From the NCBI GenBank assembly GCA_964490075.1, contig CAZBBK010000005.1:62001-126000 (forward strand): a stretch of 64,000 nt of DNA, read 5' to 3'. A program made the translations under genes and the position numbers. How positions within the stretch are numbered: the first letter of the stretch is position 1; each line of letters starts with the position of its first letter. Below, piece by piece: positions 39,649 through 48,074 of this stretch. The DNA comes from an uncultured Gemmatimonadota bacterium. GTDB taxonomy: Bacteria > GCA-2686955. The notes under the pieces were generated by a model. It saw nothing but the letters and a program-made list of their open reading frames with translations. It was not told where the DNA came from and made no database searches.

Positions 39649-41321
39649 AGCTGCGCCGGCGCTTCACCGTGGCACTCGCGCTTCTGGTGCTGGTACCGCT
39701 GGCGCTGCTGGGCGCCGGCATCCGTCGAGTGGCGGCCACCGAGCTGGGCAACCTCTTCCGGGAGCGCACCTCGCGCCTGTCGCAGGCGGCCCACTCCGAG
39801 GTGGCGGTCATGTCGGACGCCCTGGGCGCGCGCCTCGAGGCGCTGGCCGAGACGCTGCTGCGCGACCGGCCCTTTCCCACCGAGCACGAACCCGAGCCGC
39901 GGCGGGCGACTCTGGACTATGCCGGGCGCGCGCTGCGCCTCGCCGGGCTCGATGCCCTGGAGATCGTCGCTCGCGACGGCACCGTCCTCAGCTCCGGGCA
40001 GTTCCGCAACCAGTTCGGCGCCGACCACAGCGCGCTGGTGGCCGACCTGGTCGCCGGCGCGGGCGCTCCCCGGCTGGTGGAGATTGGGCGTCCATCCGGC
40101 CCCTTTCTCGCCTTCGCCCGCGTCGACTCGCTCGAGCTCGAGGGCCAACGGCTCTACCTGATCGGCGGGATCGAGGCGGGGCCGCGTTGGCTCGCGCGGC
40201 TGGGCGCCGGCTCGGAGATGGAGCTCGTGCTGCAGGCCGGCCTCCGGCGCATCGCCTCGCGCGACTCGAGTGCACCGGGCGTCGCGCCGCCTCTCGGATC
40301 GCTGTCGGAGCTGGTGACCCGCTCCACCATCGCCATGGGCGGTGGATCGCCGCCGGCCACCCTCTCGGTCGTCCACTCGCGCCGGCCTCTCGACGCCGCC
40401 CTCACTCGCCTCGACGGAGCGCTGGCTTTGCTCCTCGCGCTGGCGGCCCTGGGCGTCGCCCTCGGCGCGCACATCGAAGCACGCCGCATCACCGCCCCCG
40501 TCACCCGGCTGGCCGAGGTCGCGCGACGCATCGACCTCGACGATCCCGATCTCGATTTCGCTCCCGGCGGCGACGACGAGGTCGGCACCTTGCAGAGTTT
40601 GCTGGGGCAAATGCTCACCCGCCTGCGCGACGCCGCGCGCCAGGTGCGCCTCGCCGAGCGCCGCGCCGCCCTGGGCGATGTCGCGCGCCAGGTCCACCAC
40701 GACGTGCGCAACGCCTGCGCCCCGATCCGCAACACCCTGGCTCACCTATCCCAGGTCGCCGCCGCCGAGCCCGATCGGCTGCCCGCCGCGTTCCAGCGTC
40801 GGTCGGAGACCCTGAAGGGCGCCCTCGCCTACCTCGAAGAGCTCGCGCAAAGCTACGCCCGCTTGCCCGCCCCCCGGCTCCGCCAGCCGAGCGACCTCAA
40901 CGCCGCTCTCAGCGCCGCCGCCCACACGGTCGCCGCCCCCGGCGCATGTGCGCTCGGCCTGGCCCCCGACCTGCCACCGCTGCTGGCCGACCCCCTGGCT
41001 CTGCGCCGCATCGCCGAGAACCTGCTGCGCAACGCCCTCGAAGTCTGCGACCACCGGGAGGGCTCGGTCCAGGCCCGCACCTCCCCGACCCCCGTAGGCG
41101 GCGTGCGCCTCGACATCATCGACCACGGCCCCGGCATCCCCGCCGACCAGCAGACCCGCATTTTCGAGCCCTTCCACACCACCCGCCCCGATGGCATCGG
41201 CCTCGGCCTGGCGATCGTCCAGCGCCTGGCCACCGACTGCGGCGCTCGCCTCGAGCTCGACTCCGCTCCCGGCCGCGGCACCACTTTTTCGGTCATCTTC
41301 CCTCCCTCGGAGGCTTCATGA
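39645..41321 (+). CDS. HAMP-domain sensor histidine kinase (NtrY-like)
   Basis: Two TM segments, HAMP (PVTRL...DDEVGTL), H-box VARQVHHDVRN, N-box ENLLRNALE and G boxes DHGPGI, IFEPF and GIGLGL. Confidence 0.92.
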   Translation: MKLRRRFTVALALLVLVPLALLGAGIRRVAATELGNLFRERTSRLSQAAHSEVAVMSDALGARLEALAETLLRDRPFPTEHEPEPRRATLDYAGRALRLAGLDALEIVARDGTVLSSGQFRNQFGADHSALVADLVAGAGAPRLVEIGRPSGPFLAFARVDSLELEGQRLYLIGGIEAGPRWLARLGAGSEMELVLQAGLRRIASRDSSAPGVAPPLGSLSELVTRSTIAMGGGSPPATLSVVHSRRPLDAALTRLDGALALLLALAALGVALGAHIEARRITAPVTRLAEVARRIDLDDPDLDFAPGGDDEVGTLQSLLGQMLTRLRDAARQVRLAERRAALGDVARQVHHDVRNACAPIRNTLAHLSQVAAAEPDRLPAAFQRRSETLKGALAYLEELAQSYARLPAPRLRQPSDLNAALSAAAHTVAAPGACALGLAPDLPPLLADPLALRRIAENLLRNALEVCDHREGSVQARTSPTPVGGVRLDIIDHGPGIPADQQTRIFEPFHTTRPDGIGLGLAIVQRLATDCGARLELDSAPGRGTTFSVIFPPSEAS

Positions 41322-42664
41322 GCACCATTCTCGTGGTCGACGACGTCGAAGCCCTCGCGCGCCAGTACGCCGAGGATCTTCAGCGCCTTGCAGGCCATCG
41401 AGTCGAGATCGCGCTGGGCGGCGCCGACGCCATCGCCTTCTTCGAGCGCGCCCACGCCGACTGCGTCATTCTCGACTTGGAGATGCCCCTGGTCGATGGC
41501 TTCGAAGTCCTCGCCACCCTGCGCAGCCGCGCCATCGAGGTTCCGGTGATCGTCTACACCGGCACTGGCGACTACGATCGTTGCTTGCGTGCTGTCCGGC
41601 TGGGCGCCGACGGCTTCATCGACAAACGCGAGCCGATGGAACGAGTCGCGCAAGAAGTCGCGAGCGCTCTCGAGCGCGGCCGCCTGCGAAACCAGGTCGA
41701 CCAGCTCCGGCGTCGCGCCGGCGACGGTTCCCCATTGCTCGGCTCCAGCCCCGCCATGACCCGCCTGCGGGAGAGAATCGCCCGTCTGGCCCCGATCCCC
41801 AGCCCGGTGTTGGTGTTCGGCTCCAGCGGCAGCGGCAAGGAGCTGGTCGCGGCCGAGCTGCACCGCTTGAGCGGCCGCAAGAGACAGTCCTACGTCGCCC
41901 TCAACTGCGCCGCCCTGCCCGAAAACCTGGTCGAGAGCGAGCTCTTCGGCCACCAACGCGGCGCTTTCACCGGCGCCGAACGCACCCGTCCCGGCGCTTT
42001 CGAGGCGGCTTCCGGCGGCACCCTGCTGCTGGACGAGATCGGCGACCTTCCCAGCCACGCCCAGGCCAAACTGCTGCGCGTGCTCGAGACCGGCGCCCTC
42101 GCGCGCCTCGGCTCTAGCGACACCATTTCCGTCGACACTCGCGTGGTCGCCGCCACCCACCGCGATCTGGAGCAGGAGGTTGCCAGCGACCGCTTCCGAG
42201 AAGATCTGCTTTTCCGACTCAACGTCCACACACTGCAGGTCCCGCCCCTCTCCGAGCGCCCCGGCGACGTGCCCGAGCTCGCAACGATGTTCCTGAGCTC
42301 GATCTGCGAACGCTTCGGCATCCCTCCCAAGCGCTTCTCTCCCGCCGCCCTCGACACCCTGGCGGCGCGCGACTGGAGCCGCAACAATGTTCGCGAGCTG
42401 CGCAATACCGTGGAGCGAGCGGTGATCGACACCGAAGGGATGCGCATCGAAACCATCGGCCCCTCCGCCCCGCCGACATCCGCCGCCGCCGTCCCCGCCA
42501 CCGGCACCTTTCGCGAGCGCCGCGAGGCGGCCGAACGCGCCATCGTGCTCGCCGCCCTCGAGCGCAATCAGGGCCACGTCACCCAGACCGCCCGCGAGCT
42601 CGGCCTGGCCGATCACGCCAGCCTGCTCAAGATCATGCGGCGCTTGGAGATTCGCAAGAGCTGA
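41318..42664 (+). CDS. Sigma54-dependent response regulator (NtrC family)
   Basis: Receiver ILVVDD...ILDLEMP, Walker A GSSGSGKE, ESELFGH..GAFTGA, LDEIG, FREDL.FRL and a Fis-type HTH. Confidence 0.95.
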   Translation: MSTILVVDDVEALARQYAEDLQRLAGHRVEIALGGADAIAFFERAHADCVILDLEMPLVDGFEVLATLRSRAIEVPVIVYTGTGDYDRCLRAVRLGADGFIDKREPMERVAQEVASALERGRLRNQVDQLRRRAGDGSPLLGSSPAMTRLRERIARLAPIPSPVLVFGSSGSGKELVAAELHRLSGRKRQSYVALNCAALPENLVESELFGHQRGAFTGAERTRPGAFEAASGGTLLLDEIGDLPSHAQAKLLRVLETGALARLGSSDTISVDTRVVAATHRDLEQEVASDRFREDLLFRLNVHTLQVPPLSERPGDVPELATMFLSSICERFGIPPKRFSPAALDTLAARDWSRNNVRELRNTVERAVIDTEGMRIETIGPSAPPTSAAAVPATGTFRERREAAERAIVLAALERNQGHVTQTARELGLADHASLLKIMRRLEIRKS

Positions 42665-42686
42665 GCGCCCTTGCAAGGAACGACTC

Positions 42687-43079
42687 ATGACAAGAAACCC
42701 CTTCAGCCACATCGATCAGCGCGTCGGAGATCTCGATTCCGGCGTGCGCTTCTACGGCGCCCTGCTGCCGGAGATCGGCTTCCCCCGCGACCTGGGGGGG
42801 CGGGCCTTTCGGGTCTGGACGACACCCGCCGACGAAGGACCGGCTCAGCCCTGGTTCGGCATCACCGAGGAGCGCGACCACGTCGCCAACTCCAGCCGGA
42901 TCGCCTTTTGGGTCGAGAGCCGAGACGAGGTGAAGCGCATCGCCGAGCTGGTGCGGCAGGCGGGCGCGCTGCACGTCTCCGGCCCCAAGGAGATGCCCTC
43001 TTACTCCCCCTCCTACTACGCCCTGTTCTTCGAAGATCCGTGGGGCAATCCGCTCGAAGTCTTGCACTGGACCGATTGA
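42687..43079 (+). CDS. VOC/glyoxalase-family protein
   Basis: HIDQRV.DL.....FY..LL, RIAF....R.EV and YYALFFEDPWGN.LEV motifs. Confidence 0.88.
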   Translation: MTRNPFSHIDQRVGDLDSGVRFYGALLPEIGFPRDLGGRAFRVWTTPADEGPAQPWFGITEERDHVANSSRIAFWVESRDEVKRIAELVRQAGALHVSGPKEMPSYSPSYYALFFEDPWGNPLEVLHWTD

Positions 43080-43115
43080 ATCTGCGATGGAAGACAGCAG
43101 AGCACCTTGCGGCTT

Positions 43116-43595
43116 CTAGCTGTAGGCAAACACCATCCAGACATGAAATCCCGCCCCCACCGCCAGCAACACTGCCAGCGCCACGTGAATGCGAACCCAG
43201 ACCTCCCGAAGCCGCAGCGCCCGCGAATCGGCGCCGGTCGGACGCAAGGCGCCGACGCTCACCTGGGCCACCAACAGCAATCCCAGCACCAACAGGTAGC
43301 TGTAGCCCAGCCGCGTCGAGTGGACGAAGAGCCCCGGCAGCGCCAGCGCGCCGATCCGGCGATGCGTGCGCAGCAGCACGCGCGCCCGCTCGGCGCTCGC
43401 CGCGCGCCGCGCTAGCGCCACCCACCACTGGGCGCCGAGCAGTAGCGTCAGCGCCAGCCCCGTCCAGCGACGGTACGCTTCGTCCCGCTGCCAGAAGGCG
43501 AGCGGACCCCAATCGGTCCCGGCCGACGCCTGGACCAGGTAGGCAAGGGCCGCGACCAGGATCAAGATCGAACCTCGCTCAGTCGCCGGCTTCAC
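43116..43595 (-). CDS. Small integral membrane protein with four His, cytochrome-b-like
   Basis: GTG at 43595 overlaps the upstream gene. It has about 4-5 TM segments with His at RTHRRIG, FVHSTRLG, RIHVAL and GFHVW. Confidence 0.6.
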   Translation of the reverse strand: MKPATERGSILILVAALAYLVQASAGTDWGPLAFWQRDEAYRRWTGLALTLLLGAQWWVALARRAASAERARVLLRTHRRIGALALPGLFVHSTRLGYSYLLVLGLLLVAQVSVGALRPTGADSRALRLREVWVRIHVALAVLLAVGAGFHVWMVFAYS

Positions 43596-44418
43596 CGCCC
43601 CCGGCCTCCCTCCAGGCCGCATCCAATAGCTCGATGGTGTGCGGCGACGCGCGACGCGCGAATTCCGCCATGAAGGTGTCGACATCCGGTAGATACAGGC
43701 CCTCGCGGGGCCACCTCGCGCCGATCTCCGGTGCCGGGTCGAAGAGCCGCGCACGGTCCAGGTACGACTGATAGGTCGCCCGGAAGGCCTGGCGCAGCTC
43801 GGCGATGTTCTGAACCAGCTCTTCGATCGTCACCTCCGTCGCGGAGTAGGTCCAGGTCGTGGCGCCCATCACGTCGCCCAACTTCCAGTCGGTCTTCGGG
43901 GTCTTCGGGTGATTGCTGTGACACTCGACACAGGCCGGCGCCACCGCGAGGTCGACGAACATTGCCGTGCGCAGCCCCAATCCCTCGTCGAAGAAGTAGC
44001 GCGGCGAGCGGTCATCGCGCATCCCGCCGAAGATCTCGAGCTGGGTTCCCTGGAAGCGGTTGCCGCGATTGATCGCGTAGTCGGATCCGAGAAAAAGGCC
44101 GAGCGGAACCGCGCTGCGATCCAGGCGCACGGCGATCCCGCGCAGCATGACCGCCGGCAGTGGACCGCTGCGCGCCCCGGGCGCCAGCCATTTCTCGTCG
44201 TAGACCAGGCCCCTGCGGATGCCCGGTCCGACCACCTCCTTGGTGTAGAGGGTGCGCAGAGCGGCATTCTCCAGCGCCACGATCTCCAGCAGCCGGTCCA
44301 CCGACACGGTGCGGCCGGGGCGGGCGTCGTCGACCAGCGGCGGCGGCGCGGTGACGAAGAGGTAGATGCAGAGCGCGGTCAAGGCCAATGCCGTCAGAAT
44401 CGCCCCCCGCCTGCTCAC
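43579..44418 (-). CDS. Membrane-anchored monoheme c protein, DUF3365/Tll0287-like
   Basis: N-terminal TM, R.LYT..VV, GPLPA, LGSDYAIN and CVECHSNHPKTPK.DWKLGDVMGA. RBS aagga precedes the GTG. Confidence 0.75.
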   Translation of the reverse strand: MSRRGAILTALALTALCIYLFVTAPPPLVDDARPGRTVSVDRLLEIVALENAALRTLYTKEVVGPGIRRGLVYDEKWLAPGARSGPLPAVMLRGIAVRLDRSAVPLGLFLGSDYAINRGNRFQGTQLEIFGGMRDDRSPRYFFDEGLGLRTAMFVDLAVAPACVECHSNHPKTPKTDWKLGDVMGATTWTYSATEVTIEELVQNIAELRQAFRATYQSYLDRARLFDPAPEIGARWPREGLYLPDVDTFMAEFARRASPHTIELLDAAWREAGGGEAGD

Positions 44419-44484
44419 GATCTCGTCCTTTCGCTTTGGTTCCGAGCGAGTCGAGCGGGCCAGCGCTCGTCGTCGCCATAGGGC
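44414..44484. repeat. 71-bp direct repeat, left copy (duplicated 3' end of the multiheme cytochrome gene)
   Basis: 63/71 identical to 47040-47110 by manual alignment. Confidence 0.9.
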
Positions 44485-44639
44485 ATGGACAGGGTCGGCC
44501 GGCTGCTCGCGCCTGCCAAGTTGGTGCCGCACGATCGCTTGTTGCACTACCGACCGGTTCGAGCTATACGGTCTCCTAGCTCAAGCTCGCGGCAAGCCTT
44601 TCACCCCTCTCCTGGTTGGGGTCACCTGGTGTCAGCGAC

Positions 44640-46040
44640 ATGAACTTCACGGAGCCGGTCTTCGCTCTGTTCTTCCTCGTCGTGGTCTGTGGATTCTGGG
44701 CCCTTCCCAAGCGTCGGCTCCAGCACTGGTGGCTCCTGTGCGCCAGCTACATCTTCTACGGCTGGTGGGATCCCCGCTTCCTCGGGCTGATCGTCTTCAG
44801 CTCGGTGGTCGACTATTTCTGTGGAGCTGCCATCTACCGAGCCCGCTCTCCACGAGCGCGATCTCTTCTGCTCTCGGTCTCGCTGACGGCCAACCTGGGT
44901 CTCTTGGGCGTTTTCAAGTACGCCGACTTCGTAACCGACGGCATTCGGGGCGCGGCCCGGCTGCTCGGCCACTCTTGGTCCATACCGGAGGTGGACCTGT
45001 TTCTTCCCATCGGGATCTCGTTCTACACCTTCCAGACCCTCAGCTACACCATCGACGTCTACCGGGGCGAGATCAGACCGACCCGCGATCCGGTCGGCTT
45101 CTTCTTCTTCGTGGCCGCCTTCCCCCAACTGGTGGCCGGCCCCATCGTTCGCGCCAGGGAGCTCCTGCCTCAGTTGACCAGCGACCTCCGAGAGAAGGTA
45201 CGCATCGACGGCATCGTGCTGGTGGTCTACGGTCTGGTCAAGAAGGTCTGCCTGGCCGACCAGTTGGCCCTCCACATCGTGGATCCCGTGTTCGGCGACT
45301 CGTCGGCATGGAGCGCGAGCGCACACATTCTGGCTACCTGGGCGTTCGCCTTCCAGATATTCCTTGATTTCAGCGCCTACACGGACATCGCGAGAGGTAC
45401 AGGCCGTCTGTTGGGCCTGGAGCTGCCGATCAACTTCCGCTCTCCCTATCTCGCCCAGAGTCCATCGGAATTGTGGGAGCGCGCGCACATCTCCCTGTCC
45501 AGATGGCTCAGAGACTATTTGTACATCTCTCTCGGCGGCAACCGAAAGGGCAAGAAGCGCACCTACATGAACCTGGGTCTCACGATGCTCCTTGGCGGCC
45601 TGTGGCACGGCGCCGCCTGGCAGTTTCTGATCTGGGGCGCACTTCACGGCCTCTATCTCATCGTCTACAGCATCCTCCCCACGCCCGGCACCTTCGGCCC
45701 GATGCAGCGGCGGCTGCGCATCTTCGTCTTCTTCAACCTCACCTGCTTCGCGTGGATCTTCTTCCGCGCCGAGGGGCTGGGCGCGGCGCTCGATTTCCTG
45801 GCCCACACAGCAGCGATCGGCGATGGTCTGCGCGCGCTGGGGACTTCCGCCTTCGTCATGCTGGCGATCGGCCTCTTTCTGCACAATATCATCGAGCCCC
45901 GCCTCGAAGGTATCTGTCGCTACCTGGCTGGCGCCGGCCCGCTCTGGATCCCGGTCACGGTCGTGCTCGGGCTGACGCTGACCTCCTTTTTCGGCTATCA
46001 ACAGCTGCAGGACCAGGCCTTCATTTACTTTCAGTTCTGA
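44640..46040 (+). CDS. MBOAT-family O-acyltransferase (AlgI/PatA/DltB-like)
   Basis: SYIFYGWWDPRF, LPIGISFYTFQ.LSYTIDVY, FPQLVAGPI.R, DFSAYTDIA, HISLS.WLRDYLYI.LGG, GLWHGA and terminal FIYFQF motifs. Confidence 0.95.
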   Translation: MNFTEPVFALFFLVVVCGFWALPKRRLQHWWLLCASYIFYGWWDPRFLGLIVFSSVVDYFCGAAIYRARSPRARSLLLSVSLTANLGLLGVFKYADFVTDGIRGAARLLGHSWSIPEVDLFLPIGISFYTFQTLSYTIDVYRGEIRPTRDPVGFFFFVAAFPQLVAGPIVRARELLPQLTSDLREKVRIDGIVLVVYGLVKKVCLADQLALHIVDPVFGDSSAWSASAHILATWAFAFQIFLDFSAYTDIARGTGRLLGLELPINFRSPYLAQSPSELWERAHISLSRWLRDYLYISLGGNRKGKKRTYMNLGLTMLLGGLWHGAAWQFLIWGALHGLYLIVYSILPTPGTFGPMQRRLRIFVFFNLTCFAWIFFRAEGLGAALDFLAHTAAIGDGLRALGTSAFVMLAIGLFLHNIIEPRLEGICRYLAGAGPLWIPVTVVLGLTLTSFFGYQQLQDQAFIYFQF

Positions 46041-46042
46041 CC

Positions 46043-47065
46043 ATGACATCCATCCGCAGACGTTTCTTCACGATGCTCGCTCTGGTCGCGCTCCTGTGCG
46101 TCCCCTCCCTGGTGATTCGCGGCTGCCTGTGGGAGGAGTATGCGGGAAAGAACTTCGCCTTCAACAAATACCGGTGGAACCACTCTTATCTTCAGAGGAA
46201 GGGAGAGCAGGTCCGCTTGGCCATCATCGGCTCCTCCCATACCTGGACGGCGCTGGACGCGGGCAGGATCGGAGAAGCTCACTACGGGTCCCCCCTCGCG
46301 GCGGTCAATCTCTCCGCCACGAGGAACGGCCGCGGCATCGACTACTTGACGGCCAAGTACCTGCTCTCCTTGATGCCCAACCTCGAGACGATCGTCCTTG
46401 GAATCACCACCGGGGCGCCGAGAGACGTCATCCACACCGACTTCCACCGCCTGGCGAGCCTCGGAGACACTTTCGCAGATCCGCTCTTCGGGCCGGATGC
46501 GTTCTGCACACAGGCCGAGCCGCGCGCCATTGCCACCTTCTACGCCCGCGCTTTGCTCGAGAGCTTCGTCGGTGGGTATCGAAATGCGGTCGAGGCCATC
46601 CGCACCGAGATTCTCTACCGGGAGACCGGCAAGTTCGATCTGCAATCAGGCTCGAACCTGCGCACCGACGTCATGGAGGGGCCACCACAGGGTGGAAAGA
46701 TCGCGGAGGCCGATCCGCCCTTCCGTCCCTGCGAGCGCGACATGATCTACCTCGAGCGCACCATCGAGCTCGCTCGGGATCACGGCGTGGAGGTCGTTCT
46801 CGTCGAGCTCCCCTTTCCCAACATCGAGCCTCTGCCGAAGTACTTCGAGAAGATGATGAAGAGCTTCCGCCCCGCGGCCCTTCTCCGCTGCTCTCGCATG
46901 GGCGAGCTGGCGAGCGATCCCGCCAACTGGGCGGACCCGGGCCACTTGAACGAGACGGGAGCGAAGCTCTATACGAGCTGGTTCATCTCCACCATGTGGG
47001 ACCGAATCGAGGGATCGCATGCCTTGTATGGGAAGGCCGCTCACGATCCCCTCCCTTCGCCTTGA
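46043..47065 (+). CDS. SGNH-hydrolase-like periplasmic O-acyltransferase partner (AlgJ/PatB/DltD-like)
   Basis: N-terminal anchor, IIGSSH (block I Ser) and DPGHLN (DxxH). It starts 2 nt after the MBOAT stop. Confidence 0.75.
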   Translation: MTSIRRRFFTMLALVALLCVPSLVIRGCLWEEYAGKNFAFNKYRWNHSYLQRKGEQVRLAIIGSSHTWTALDAGRIGEAHYGSPLAAVNLSATRNGRGIDYLTAKYLLSLMPNLETIVLGITTGAPRDVIHTDFHRLASLGDTFADPLFGPDAFCTQAEPRAIATFYARALLESFVGGYRNAVEAIRTEILYRETGKFDLQSGSNLRTDVMEGPPQGGKIAEADPPFRPCERDMIYLERTIELARDHGVEVVLVELPFPNIEPLPKYFEKMMKSFRPAALLRCSRMGELASDPANWADPGHLNETGAKLYTSWFISTMWDRIEGSHALYGKAAHDPLPSP

Positions 47066-47110
47066 GTCCGACCGAGTCGAGCGGGCCAGCGCTTGTCGTC
47101 GCCATAGGGC
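47040..47110. repeat. 71-bp direct repeat, right copy
   Basis: See 44414-44484. It contains the stop codons of both the cytochrome (-) and the SGNH gene (+). Confidence 0.9.
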
Positions 47111-47886
47111 GAGGGTCCACGCTCCATGTAGGCATCGACCGCGCGGTCGTCGAGACGCTGCCCGAGATCGACCGGCACCTGGTAACGGTGATTGCCGTGG
47201 AAATCATGGCATTCCAGGCAGGTCTCGTAACGCCCCTGCGCGGCCAGGCTGTCGTGGCTCGGCGAGAGGGGATCGCGCTCCAGCTCGAACTCCTTGTGGC
47301 AGTTGTGACAGAAGGTCCGCTCCACGGCCACCCGCGCGCCCTGGTGTTCGCGGTGACACGAGGTGCAACGATGAGGCGCAAGAGTCTCGCGCAGCTCTTC
47401 GAAACGCGACTCTCGGAAGCGGAACAGGGGGTGCCGATCTCCGGGCCGTTGGTGGCAGTGCCCGCAGGTGCCGCTGGAGACCGGCGTGTGAACCAGATCG
47501 ACCGGCTCCTCGCGCTTGCCGAGCAGGTGCCGCACATTGGCCTGCAGCTGCTGGCGCACCGTTCCCGGAGCGTCGCCGTGGCACTCGTCGCAGCGCAGCT
47601 CCCGGTGCCCTGGATTGGCCGGACCCAGTGCGACCAAACGCTCGAATCGTGGCGTCAGCAACACCGCCAGTCCCAGCCCTGCGAGCACCCCGCCAACCAG
47701 GTAGCCGCGCCTGGGTGCAGTCCGCAAGCACAGCATCACCCGCAGCTCCGGCAGGCACGATCCGCAGTCACGACCGCAGCCGAAACGCGCCTGGATGGCA
47801 TCGAGCCCCTCCCCCGCCGCGATGGCTTGCGCCACGTCGGACCGTGGGACTTCGAAACAGGTACAGAGAATGCGATCCCGCGACAT
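47041..47886 (-). CDS. BFD-like [2Fe-2S] domain + TM + pentaheme c-type cytochrome fusion
   Basis: N-terminal ILCTC...CGRDCGSC (BFD pattern), one TM (YLVGGVLAGLGLAVLL) and five CxxCH motifs: CDECH, CGHCH, CTSCH, CHNCH, CLECH. Confidence 0.85.
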   Translation of the reverse strand: MSRDRILCTCFEVPRSDVAQAIAAGEGLDAIQARFGCGRDCGSCLPELRVMLCLRTAPRRGYLVGGVLAGLGLAVLLTPRFERLVALGPANPGHRELRCDECHGDAPGTVRQQLQANVRHLLGKREEPVDLVHTPVSSGTCGHCHQRPGDRHPLFRFRESRFEELRETLAPHRCTSCHREHQGARVAVERTFCHNCHKEFELERDPLSPSHDSLAAQGRYETCLECHDFHGNHRYQVPVDLGQRLDDRAVDAYMERGPSPYGDDKRWPARLGRTQGEGRGS

Positions 47887-48074
47887 CGGCGCGTCTCGTG
47901 CCTCGGCGGTTGGGTGATTCCGGCTGTGGGTGGATAATCGACGGGTCGTGACGCTCCGTCGATCATCAGCAGGCAGTATAGGCCGCCGCGGTATCCGCCA
48001 GGAGGATCAACGAGGTGGCAAGACGCGAGCTCGCGCCGGGAGCCGCTCTAGAGTGATGCTTGCGCGCACGCAGT

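Noticed and set aside
42661-42686. Sigma54 promoter before the VOC gene (…cccTTGCa)
   Set aside because: It lacks the GG dinucleotide at -24.
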